DNA of 64,000 nt from Laetmonice hystrix (taxonomy: Eukaryota), in the NCBI GenBank assembly GCA_965235115.1, contig OZ249436.1:49292001-49356000 (forward strand), read 5' to 3'. Under the pieces are notes generated by a model. It ran no database searches. It was given only the letters and a program-made list of their open reading frames with translations, and was not told the origin of the DNA. This document shows, piece by piece, positions 26,893-36,700 of the stretch. How positions within the stretch are numbered: position 1 is the first letter of the stretch; every line of letters starts with the position of its first letter. The position numbers and the translations under genes are program-made.

Positions 26893-27675
26893 GTAAAATA
26901 CTGGTCTTATCTACGGCTGGTGGGGACGTTAGAGGGAGGCCCAGGGGTAAGGGGAAAATGGTTGGGATGCTCCCTTCCTCCCAGTAAAAATGGTCTAAAG
27001 TATAGAATTAGCGTGTATCATTAGACTTACCAAAATTCATGTATTAACTGCAATTTTAAGCTTTTGTCATTAATCGTCGATGTTGATGGTCTTTATATGA
27101 CCCAGGGATTAAGATCTCTCGTTATGTTTTCACTGCTAGGTTCAACGACTGATTGTGTGAAAAACTATGTCAGTTAGGGCCAACTTGCTGGAGTATAATC
27201 TCCAGCCTATATAGCCTACGGGAAAATTCCACTTACCTCGGCGCGTCATACCTGGCGGTCTATTGGCCACTATTATAGGAGTAGGTAATGTCAATGGAGC
27301 AGCCAGCATTACGGAGGAATGCCCTGTGTTATTGTCCCGGTCATGCTGGCTGTTCCATCGACCTACTCCTGACAATGGAATATTGATCTTAGAAAATATC
27401 GCTAGTTATGACGTCGAGGTAAGTTAGATTTCCCCGTTTTGACACCATGCAGTCAAACATTGGCATAATGTTCGGGTCAAAAACACCCTGCTTGGACGTT
27501 ACAATTTTAATCATATTAGCACATAGCCCCAAAGGTGTCCTTCTCCAAAACTTTTATCAAATCTAATTTGTTTTGCTTCAATCAATCAACCAATGAATGA
27601 ATGAATCAATCAATCAATCAATCAATCTTTCACGTTTCTTATAGATAGGCCTAATTTATTCTTGATCATTTCCAG

Positions 27676-27927
27676 AAACTTTCGAAGATAGCAACTTTAA
27701 GACTGGCGATACACTACATTTCGGCTCTGACGAGTATCCTGGAAAACACGGGAGGTGAGATTCGGGTCGTACAGGACCCGTCAGTTACCGAGAAACGCGG
27801 ACGGAAACGAGGCGCTACCCCGGGCACGTCAAGTAAAAACAACACCAAACGGTCACGTGTTCACGGCATGGGCCAATCAACGCTCGTCGTCAACTACGAC
27901 CAATCTAAGACGCTTACTGCTCTATGA
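27676..27927 (+). CDS. bHLH transcription factor, exon 3 (helix 2 and C-terminus)
   Basis: tttccag|AAA CTT TCG AAG = KLSKIATLRLAIHYISALTSILENTGG...EKRGRKRG...KTLTAL* (TGA 27925-27927); completes a canonical HLH. Confidence 0.95.
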   Translation, partial: KLSKIATLRLAIHYISALTSILENTGGEIRVVQDPSVTEKRGRKRGATPGTSSKNNTKRSRVHGMGQSTLVVNYDQSKTLTAL

Positions 27928-28232
27928 ACAAACTTGGCGTCATCTGAGAGAAAGGACAGATTTTGTTGAGAAGATCGAGTATTGATTAACGGTGTCAGTC
28001 GTCTGTACATATTGTATGCAAGTTATTTATTTCCTCGTAGATCAATGTCAGGCATCACAGACTAAATATGTCCATTCACGTAACCATGGAGATTTGTCCA
28101 TGTTATACTTTATTGTGTGAATTTATATGAAATGCCTGAGCTCGTAGGTCCTTTGTTGACGTGGTGATTGCAAATGGTCACAAATGCAGCTGGGATAATT
28201 AAGTATATAAATGTCATGAAAACATTTTTGCG

Positions 28233-28243
28233 ATTAAAATAAA
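28233..28243 (+). terminator. Poly(A) signal of the bHLH gene (overlapping ATTAAA/AATAAA)
   Basis: First AATAAA downstream of the stop codon, ~310 nt after TGA. Confidence 0.6.
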
Positions 28244-28345
28244 TGAAATCACGTAAGAGCCGTTTCCTTCAAGTGTTAACCCCAATGTTATTAAGCCCTA
28301 AGTAGACCTAATAATCCAAGACTGGGTCTAACGATCATAGTGTGC

Positions 28346-28840
28346 CTAATTCTCCCCGGCGCATGTGCATCCAACAGATATTCCTTCCCAACTCGGCTTC
28401 CACACATCCTTCCCGTTACTGCAGTGGCCATTGGGAGACTTCCGTAACACCCTGACATAATGAAACATCTCCTTACATACTCGACTTTGGTGTGAGCACG
28501 AGTGACACTTACAGGCGATATAACGGAGCACCTTTGGGTAGCGGTCGTTATCCCGCCAGTCGACGGCCTCCGACTGGCAAACTTGAGTGTTCGTAGACCC
28601 ACCCACACCGGGAGTACACCGAGCAACTTTACTCACATTGGGACCATGGTTCCGGCCACTGACGTCATCATTGACGTCATGTTGACATGACGGTACGGCA
28701 TAGAACGTCTCGTGCATTATACCTCCCATCACCTGGGCCCGGAGCAACTGTTCCCGAAGGACATTGGTGGGAACTTTGGAGCACGCCTCTGTGAAGACGG
28801 TTCCGCCAGCCAAGAAAATACAGATAGTGTACCACGAGAC
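28346..28840 (-). CDS. IL17-like: IL-17-like secreted cystine-knot cytokine A, main coding exon
   Basis: VSWYTICIFLAGGTVFTEA (signal h-region), then ...DRYPKVLRYIACKCHSC...CKEMFHYVRVLRK...CSNG..W...ISVGCTC. RYP, CxCxxC, VL and SVGCTC are hallmarks of invertebrate IL-17. No in-frame ATG (TAA at 28873-28871); acceptor ttgttttaaag| at the same position as in the paralog. Confidence 0.85.
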   Translation of the reverse strand, partial: VSWYTICIFLAGGTVFTEACSKVPTNVLREQLLRAQVMGGIMHETFYAVPSCQHDVNDDVSGRNHGPNVSKVARCTPGVGGSTNTQVCQSEAVDWRDNDRYPKVLRYIACKCHSCSHQSRVCKEMFHYVRVLRKSPNGHCSNGKDVWKPSWEGISVGCTCAGEN

Positions 28841-29113
28841 CTTTAAAACAACCAAACGTTGACATTGTATTTACGCCTACACTCTCCTATACCCGAATAT
28901 AATAATATGTATGCATATCTGTTTGGAATATATCTGCAAAAATAAGTAAACTGCTATTAAGTTGTGAGAATTCCATCAACTATGTCTGGTCATCTCTGAA
29001 GCAGGTCCATCTTACAACTAAAAGAATATTTCTTTTAAAAAGTCAGATAGCGGACCATGGCCATCGTCTCTTTAACACATTAACTTTACAAACCGCAAGA
29101 AAATTACTCTCAC

Positions 29114-29122
29114 CTTTCCCAT
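29114..29122 (-). CDS. Candidate first coding micro-exon of IL-17-like A (MGK)
   Basis: ATG GGA AAG|GTGAGA is a strong phase-0 donor giving MGK-VSWYTICIFLAGG. An alternative (MHTYYYIR at 28916-28893, 52-nt intron) exists. Confidence 0.45.
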
Positions 29123-29187
29123 AGGACATAAAGCAAGCCGCGATCCATTCTGTCGCGACATGGTCTACTCGAGTCAGTGTGTCGCTA

Positions 29188-29343
29188 AGATTGTCGAGTG
29201 GTACCTGACTTAGCGCCCACAATACACCAGCTGGACCGAGATTGTCGAGTGGTACCGGACTTAGCGCCCACAATACACCAGCTGGACCGAGATTGTCGAG
29301 TCGTACCTGACTTAGCGCTCACAATACACCAGCTGGACCGAGA
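29188..29343. repeat. 51-bp tandem repeat x3
   Basis: agattgtcgagtggtacctgacttagcgcccacaatacaccagctggaccg, period 51. Confidence 0.95.
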
Positions 29344-29456
29344 GGTAAGCTCTTCTCAATACCTGTCTACTTTACCTGTCTGTGCCAGCTCACTTTCTAC
29401 CTCCCGTTCGCTCGTCAGCCTCTACCCATCTGGCAAAGGTCACTCGGGAGAGAATC

Positions 29457-29465
29457 TTTTATATA
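29457..29465 (-). promoter_or_regulatory. Candidate TATA box of IL-17-like A
   Basis: Minus-strand TATATAAAA ~340 bp upstream of the candidate start codon. Confidence 0.4.
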
Positions 29466-29697
29466 GAATAGTGCAGCCACGGGTGAACCACTTATGATGT
29501 ATGCAATTGATTCGATTCTGCTAAAATAAGCCAAGGTATGTCGATACGGAGTCTATCTGCGACTACACGATGTTAAAGGAGGAGGCGGGAGGTGTATTAA
29601 TATGACCACACAAACAATAATCATCATTACCCTGCTTTTCGTGGGTGTGCGCTGGGGGAGGGTGTGTGTGTGGATCTTGTTTCGACATTTTACTGCC

Positions 29698-30473
29698 CAA
29701 GTTCCTGAGCCGTAAGCTGACAGCTCGCGAGCTCAGTTAACCTTCGACTCAAGTTCCCGAGCCGTAAGCTGACAGCTCGCGAGCTCAGTTAACCTTCGAC
29801 TCAAGTTCTCAAGCCGTAAGCTGACAGCTCGCGAGCTGAGGTAACCTTCGACTCAAGTTCCCGAGCCGTAAGCTGACAGCTCGCGAGCTGAGGTAACCTT
29901 CGACTCAAGTTCCCGAGCCGTAAGCTGACAGCTCGCGAGCTGAGGTAACCTTCGACTCAAGTTCCCGAGCCGTAAGCTGACAGCTCGCGAGCTGAGGTAA
30001 CTTTCGACTCAAGTTCCCGAGCCGTAAGCTGACAGCTCGCGAGCTCAGGTAACCTTCGACTCAAGTTCCTGAGCCGTAAGCTGACAGCTCGCGAGCTGAG
30101 GTAACCTTCGACTCAAGTTCCCGAGCCGTAAGCTGACAGCTCGCGAGCTGAGCAATCTAATTAAAATTAGATCTTGGTATTCCGCGTCTCTCTCGGCTGT
30201 GTCGGTGCTGGCTGCGCTCCATACCTAGATCTAAGGACATCCCATTAGGGGTCACCTCAGGTTGACCTCGGGATTCAGCCAATCAGCGAGCCGCCTACGA
30301 AATCTTCGGTGTGCGCTCGTAGGCATTTTCAACGGCACACTTGAATCTGGGTCAAAGGTCAGCCTGAGGTGACCCCATACGGGATGCCGTTAGATCCTAG
30401 TATGTAGCGCATGCGAAATAACTAAGATCTAATTTTAATTAGATTGGCGAGCTGAGGTAACCTTCGACTCAAG
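29698..30473. repeat. 52-bp minisatellite x9, last unit split by a MITE
   Basis: caagttcccgagccgtaagctgacagctcgcgagctgaggtaaccttcgact at 29698, 29750...30114; resumes at 30447. Confidence 0.96.
30153..30446. mobile_element. 294-bp foldback MITE with 10-bp TSD (Mutator/MULE-like)
   Basis: gcgagctgag|CAATCTAATTAAAATTAGATCTT...AAGATCTAATTTTAATTAGATTG|gcgagctgag; arms stay complementary for ~100 bp. Confidence 0.9.
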
Positions 30474-30809
30474 CGGCAAGGAAGGCCATGAGTTCCAGGT
30501 GACAAATTGGACAACACGTGTTAAAGGAAACTTTTTTGCTGGTGATAAAAATAGCAGAAAAAGAGTAACAAATTCCCTTTAACTCTAATCGAAGTCAGAC
30601 ATTTGATTTGAGGTCCCATGCTCGACGTCCCACGGTCTAATTGTAGCAGAGAAATTAACAGGCTATCTGATGCTTATCGGCCATATCACGTCATATTAAC
30701 ACAGTATAGTGTGTGCACGCCTTAGCGGACATCTTGATTGCTTCCATGTAAGGAAATATTATCACTGAAATTGTTGAAAGCGTATGTAAAACATAGTAAC
30801 AGGGTTTCC

Positions 30810-30811
<2 letters not shown>

Positions 30812-30840
<29 letters not shown>

Positions 30841-30909
30841 CTTCTTCTTCTTCTTCTTCTTCTTCTTCTTCTTCTTCTTCTTCTTCTTCTTCTTCTTCTT
30901 CTTCTTCTT
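30812..30909. repeat. (TTC)n trinucleotide microsatellite, ~33 units
   Basis: Direct inspection. Confidence 0.99.
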
Positions 30910-31271
30910 TATATTTTGGACATCAATTTGTCTTAGACACGTTGGATTATTTTATTTTCCCGTCCACGTTAATTGATCTCTTTTAGGTTAGGCTACATAT
31001 TAAGTAAAGACAGACACAACATGATATCTCTAAATGAATTCCAGTGCATGATACAATGACTTTTATTTAGTTATCTTTAATTACACGTATATCATAATAA
31101 GGGAGTTCCAAGTCCTTTCGCTACTTTCTTGACTTGGCTAGCGTATTCAGCTAACCCTTCTCCAACACAGTTGAAGCTACAGCAGGTTCTGAAATACTTC
31201 GACAGACCTAGATTCGAAAACCTATACTACATTTCACTGTCTTATTTTTAACTATGCAAGATTCCTTACAG

Positions 31272-31757
31272 TCACCTCTGCACACACGTACAGCCAACAG
31301 AAACTTGGTCCCACCTGGGCTCCCAGATATATGTCCCATTTTCGCAATCATTAGTTTGATACAGAACCTTTACCGACTGCCTAATTTCCTGGCATGCCCG
31401 AGTCGAGGAGTTGCATCTGCTACACGCAACACAACCCACATAACGGAGTACTTGTGGGTACCTGAATGCTTTCCTCCACACGCCCTCCACAGCCCGGCAT
31501 AGACTGGTATCCTGGTTGTTACAGGTGATCTCTCTCATATCTAGAGGACCTCGGACACCTTCAGCACTCCTGACTGCTACGTCACGGCAGGCAGGCAACA
31601 TGTTGAAGGTGTCATGGCGGCCACCACTAAACGACAACTGTGCCATCAGTAGCTGCTCCCGCAGTTCCTCATCCGTCGGGTTGCTGCATTTCTTGCATCC
31701 CGCAGGGCCAATCAAAGTTCCACCCATCAATATTAAGAAGAAGAATCTCCAAAAACT
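31272..31757 (-). CDS. IL17-like: IL-17-like secreted cystine-knot cytokine B, main coding exon
   Basis: Strong acceptor ctcctttcttgctttctacctctccccgcag|; SFWRFFFLILMGGTLIGPAG signal; CSNPTDEELREQLL...RYPQVLRYVGCVACSRC...CQEIRQSVKVL...CENGTYIW...VSVGCTCV. Clear paralog of 28346-28840; minus-strand AATAAA at 31067-31062. Confidence 0.87.
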   Translation of the reverse strand, partial: SFWRFFFLILMGGTLIGPAGCKKCSNPTDEELREQLLMAQLSFSGGRHDTFNMLPACRDVAVRSAEGVRGPLDMREITCNNQDTSLCRAVEGVWRKAFRYPQVLRYVGCVACSRCNSSTRACQEIRQSVKVLYQTNDCENGTYIWEPRWDQVSVGCTCVQR

Positions 31758-32705
31758 CTGCGGGGAGAGGTAGAAAGCAAGAAAGGAGATTATATCTGAG
31801 TCCACCAATGTTTATATTCACTCCTGTTGTAAGGGTGTAGCCAGAGGGTTTCCCGGTTGCCCGGACCCCCTCCCCACCAAATAAAATTAATAGATAAATA
31901 ACTAACTAAAAATATGAAATTTATGATTAGGTAAAACCTAGAGGTGATCAGCTAAACATGCTTTGGCTGCTGGGGGCCTGGAGTGGCCCCCCGATCCCCG
32001 CCGCCACATAGGGGTTCCTGTGGCACAAAGAAGAAGCCAGTGGTTGGACCCCCCCCTCCCTTCCCCATAACTCAGTTCAGTCTACACCCCTGTGTTGTGT
32101 TTGTATTTTGTCAGCATCATAGAGACACTCCTTAATATTATCATAATGTGTACGTGTAGGATACCCACCTTCTGAAAGATCGGAGAAGTCGACATCCTTT
32201 TCATGTGTTCGCAGTCGAAATGTTAACGTAACCAACCTTGAATCGATGTATATCTTGGCGTGAAATTCAATGTTTATCACTACAATCTACAGTCAGCCTG
32301 CGAGGTTAGTGGTCAGAGCGCCCAACAGTTGTTGCCAACTTCACAAGGTCTGACACGTTTATATTCTTGTGCCGGAATCAGTAACACCTCCAATAATAAC
32401 ACCTGATTGTTTGTTCAGTTAGTTAACACTTCAACTTCAACGGGTGTATACAGGGAAGTCGGACTTTATTGGTTCGTTCTCTCTCTTTCTTTCTCTTTCT
32501 CCCTCCCTCTCTCTCCCTCTCTCTCTCTCTGTCTGTCTGTCTCTCTCCCTCTCTCTCCCTCTCTCCCTGTCTCCCCCCCCCCACTTGCCACTAGGGTACG
32601 AACGTGTAATCGTATAATTGCCACTAGTATACGTACGTGTAATCCTATAATTCAACCGTTTCATTCATAGAGTAGCCGTTGAAACCTTTTGAAGCCATTC
32701 CTCAC

Positions 32706-32708
32706 CAT
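32706..32708 (-). CDS. Candidate start-codon-only first coding exon end of IL-17-like B
   Basis: ATG|GTGAGG phase-0 donor gives M-SFWRFFFLIL...; alternative ATG ATG|GTAATC near 32960-32968. Confidence 0.35.
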
Positions 32709-33591
32709 AATATTATTTTGCGTACCTTTATCCCGGGGGGTGGGGGGGGGGGGGGGCGGCTATAAGTAAAATCAGGGATGCCCATCCTGAATTCTGTTTT
32801 TTGAATAACACACACTCACAGCCCATGATAGTTACTGGGTAAACAAAATATTATTTGGTTTGATGCTTGAAATCTATTCATGAATGTCTTTAAATGACTT
32901 TTTTATTGAAATTCTAATATTCCTCACTTCAATAAATAGAGAATTGTTCATTATAAGATTACCATCATCGCTAACAATATTATATCATTATAAATTATGA
33001 GTACCAACATCATATAGAACATATTTCATCATGTGAAATCACTGCATTATAGTGACGCTTTCCCTGACACAGTTTTAATGCCAATCTCTAATTTCGGCAC
33101 TAGTTAAACATTTATGTGAAGAGGAAATTATCCCAGTGCTGCTGTTACTATAGACGTCATAGAAACGGTTCTTAGCGGCTGGAATTTATAATAACCGTAC
33201 GAGCGTCACAATCTCCGCCACATGTGACTGTATACAAGTATGAAGGCTAGGAGTCGTATTGAAGGGGTCTCTCCCTCTCTCAGCCTACCTGGGGTTACAT
33301 CATGTTTACCTTGGTACTTGATCAGCCAGCTGGTAGCTTGGTTGGGCTGTGGTCACTCGCTCTATATGACATCTTATCGGAACCGAGATCTTTACTGTTA
33401 CGATTTCAGACCCAGTTCCTGGAACTACTGCAGGAATTAACTCAATCGTCAACAAAGCAGGAAGAGCCCACTCGTGCGCTACCGCCCAGACTGAGTACCT
33501 TTTGATTTGAAGAGACGGGACAAGTTTAAAATTGGCGACCTTCGCGTAGGACGACAAAGCGGGAGTAGAAGTAACCGTCACAAAGAGGGAC

Positions 33592-33782
33592 CTTTCACAA
33601 CACAAAACTTTCGCAACACAAAATTTTCCCAACACAAAACTTTCACAACACAAAACTTTCACAACACAAAATTTTCACAACACAAGACTTTCACAACACA
33701 AGGCTTTCACAACACAAAATGTTCACAACACAAAACTTTCACAACACAAAACTTTCACAACACAAGACTTTCACAACACAAA
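33592..33782. repeat. 16-bp minisatellite, ~12 copies
   Basis: tttcacaacacaaaac repeated. Confidence 0.95.
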
Positions 33783-36700
33783 TCTTGGGGCCAAGCGAAA
33801 TGCAAGCATCACAAGATTATGTTGTTCCAATATTCATGCATGCCCACCCAAAGCGTCAAAAAAAGAGAAAGGAATACATTGACAAAGTTCATCACCAGAG
33901 TTGAAAATGTAAAATGATATTTTTTTTGAAAAGGTTTGGAGCCGCTCCACTGTGGGCGTTATGCCACATGACACTTCCGTATAACTATGATGTATCATGT
34001 CTACCGGAAATTCGACTCCTGTGAAGGAGGCCTACATAATTTACACTCTGCACGGACGATATCAATTTCGATGAAACATGTTCCTGGTAGAATTACGCGT
34101 TGTTCAAATTAGCTGTAAGTGGCGGCACCGTTGGCATTTTGCCTGGAAGATATGAAAGAAAACTGTAAAATACATTAATGCTGACTGCGGACGGATATCC
34201 GCTGCGTCTAATCAGCACCCCCCCCCCCCCCAATATCTTTCTACACCTCCGCCCGATACGATGGGTTGAGATATGTCCCTTAGTATGGATGACGTCTGGT
34301 AGGGAGAGCCAGCGTATAATAAGGAAGTTGGCAATCGTCGCGTACGACATTATTAAGTTTTTCATCCGGAGCATATATAGACCGAGGTATTGATTATAAT
34401 TATCGAGAAGGTCACCTTGGTTACTGGGGACAGTCCCCTCGATCTACTATATCCTCCACCCACATACCATGTTAAGATAACCCTCGCTATATTTTCTATT
34501 TGTTCCCGGTCTACCGCTGCCATCAGATCATCCTGGCCTACCAGAATGAAAACACGCCACGCTCGAACCTACCGGGCTGGAGGCTTCTCGACCTGCCACC
34601 TAGCGAGATGTTACCGAGTTCAAAATGCAATCATAGTGCCCTCTGCTGGCAAAGCTAATGAATCACCATGATCACGCAAAGATGTAAGTTCAGTTCAGTA
34701 GGCTTGGCTTGATCAAATCGCTTACCGGATTGCTTACCGAACTATGCAAGAATATGTTTTCTCAGAATAGAAAATAATGAGGTCTTGCCTTCTGACGATA
34801 TTGTTTTACCTCTTTCTCGTCTCGTGTAAGTATGACCTTGAAGGCTACCATCTCGTCTCGGGTATAAGTATCCGACCTTGGAGGCCACCATAAAAAAGGG
34901 CGCACTCCATTCCAAATAGGGGCCTACATCTGAAGCCACACTATAATTTCTGAGAGTTTTGTGAACCTGAGAGTGACAAATGCGTTCGATCAAATTATAG
35001 TAAGGCTCTCTATATCTCGGAAATGGCGTTATTAGAGTAAATTACAGTCTTCATTCGAGCTGGAACGGAAAGAGAAGTGCATTTCCTCAAGGCTGACCTT
35101 GTTTTATTCGGTTTGACCGATTTATTTTCTATCCTGAGAGATTCATAAGTGGGTGTTTATTTCAGTTGTACCTGATAAAATATGTTTTAAAATGGTGGCC
35201 AACCCTCCGATTGCTTATTTTAGATCACCAAATATGAAGTCAGGACCTTGAATATCATATTCATGGTCAAATATCATTTCCAGACAATAATTGTACAGCA
35301 GGTGTTTTGGTCCAGTTCAGGTCCCAAATCGGATTTTTCCTGCTGCCTTCATTGTAAGTCCCCGCCCCCGTAACTCTGGGTTCATTCAAAGGAGGGTTAA
35401 CTATACACTATCATTTTGGGAAAAGATCATTTTTTGGTCAATGGTTAAAAACTGTCCACCATTTTACAAAAGGTTTCAAATACATATATCCACAACTTTC
35501 CTGTCGGGTATGGAGAAACATGGAAGAGGATGCGTCGAAACGTCATGTTATCGGTTGAGATGACACTCCCTTGATGTAACTCCGTGCCAATTACCTGCCT
35601 GGCAGACTATAGTCATTCGCCTTCTATCAACGACAAATTACGGACCTGCTTTCATCCCTGCTGACTCAGAAACGTACAATTATCGAAAGGCACATCTAGA
35701 AAATGACTGTCATTGGCAGTGATTGCGATTCCCCATACTCGGGCTATTAGGACTCGGTTTAAGAATTACTCAAATTTTCAAACATTTTGTAAATCTCTAG
35801 TGGCTGAAAGAAACCCGCTTCAAGGAAGCCCGAAGCACGCAGCTCCCGTATCAGAATTGGTTATGGCTCTAATGGTAATACAATGATAATATGTCGTATA
35901 TTGGTGTTTCCGAGTCCAAGTCTCAATACTCGCATTAAGCCTCCTCTAAAAGGTGTCTCTATTGCACGTAAAGGAACCCTTGCCACGTCTGGAAATAGTT
36001 ATTTAAAAGGAACAATCACACAAGAAGCCAGGTCAGTATTAGTAACTCAACTGGTTAGACTACGCAGAAAACAACATTCCTGTTCTCAACCAAAACACTT
36101 TACACATCCTGCTATATTGTTGAAAATATTTTTGGACCTATGCGTTTTCATTGCCGTTCAGTACTAGGCCTATATCCACGCGCATGTAGCAGTGTTCTAG
36201 CCGTGCAGATGGCCGGGTGAAGCAGGTAGGAGCATGGGGTGGGCCTTGGGACAATCACACTGATACATCCGTCTGATTTTTACATATTAACTTTGTCCCA
36301 TCCGTGATACCGGAAACTCCTTCCTTTTAAGCTCAAAATCGCGCGGACATCGCACGGACGTCGCACGGATGTCGCGCGGACGATCGCTTTGGATACTGTG
36401 TTTGACCCTCAAAACAACCAATCACTCAACCCTTATAACTGCGTCCCCATTTATACCGTTATAATTTCTCTTAGTACCTTTGTACTGATCGTTGAGGGCA
36501 TTGAGGGACCTATCCCATCTGAGAGGTAGGGACTCGACTCTGGGTCATTAAGAGGCCCTAATGGTCGTGAGGCCGGTGAAAGGGGGAGAGGTCCCTGGGG
36601 ACGGACAGTGAGAGGGCCCCGCTGTCCACCGCTAACCTCAGCCCGATTGGTCACGTAAGGCTGGGCCGAGGCGACTGCACCATGCCAATGTTTTAATACC

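Noticed and set aside
27219..27230. NF-kB-like sites (GGGAAAATTCC here; ggaaattatccc at 33123) near the IL-17-like genes
   Set aside because: Imperfect matches at a frequency expected by chance; not in a defined promoter.
29698..30152. CRISPR-like appearance of palindromic tandem arrays (also 55889-56612, 46945-47697)
   Set aside because: Head-to-tail identical units without unique spacers, no cas genes, and spliceosomal eukaryotic context.
31758..31808. TTG-initiated N-terminus of the 178-aa ORF (and 28841-28855 for the 169-aa ORF)
   Set aside because: These are intron polypyrimidine tracts; non-ATG starts come from the ORF finder.
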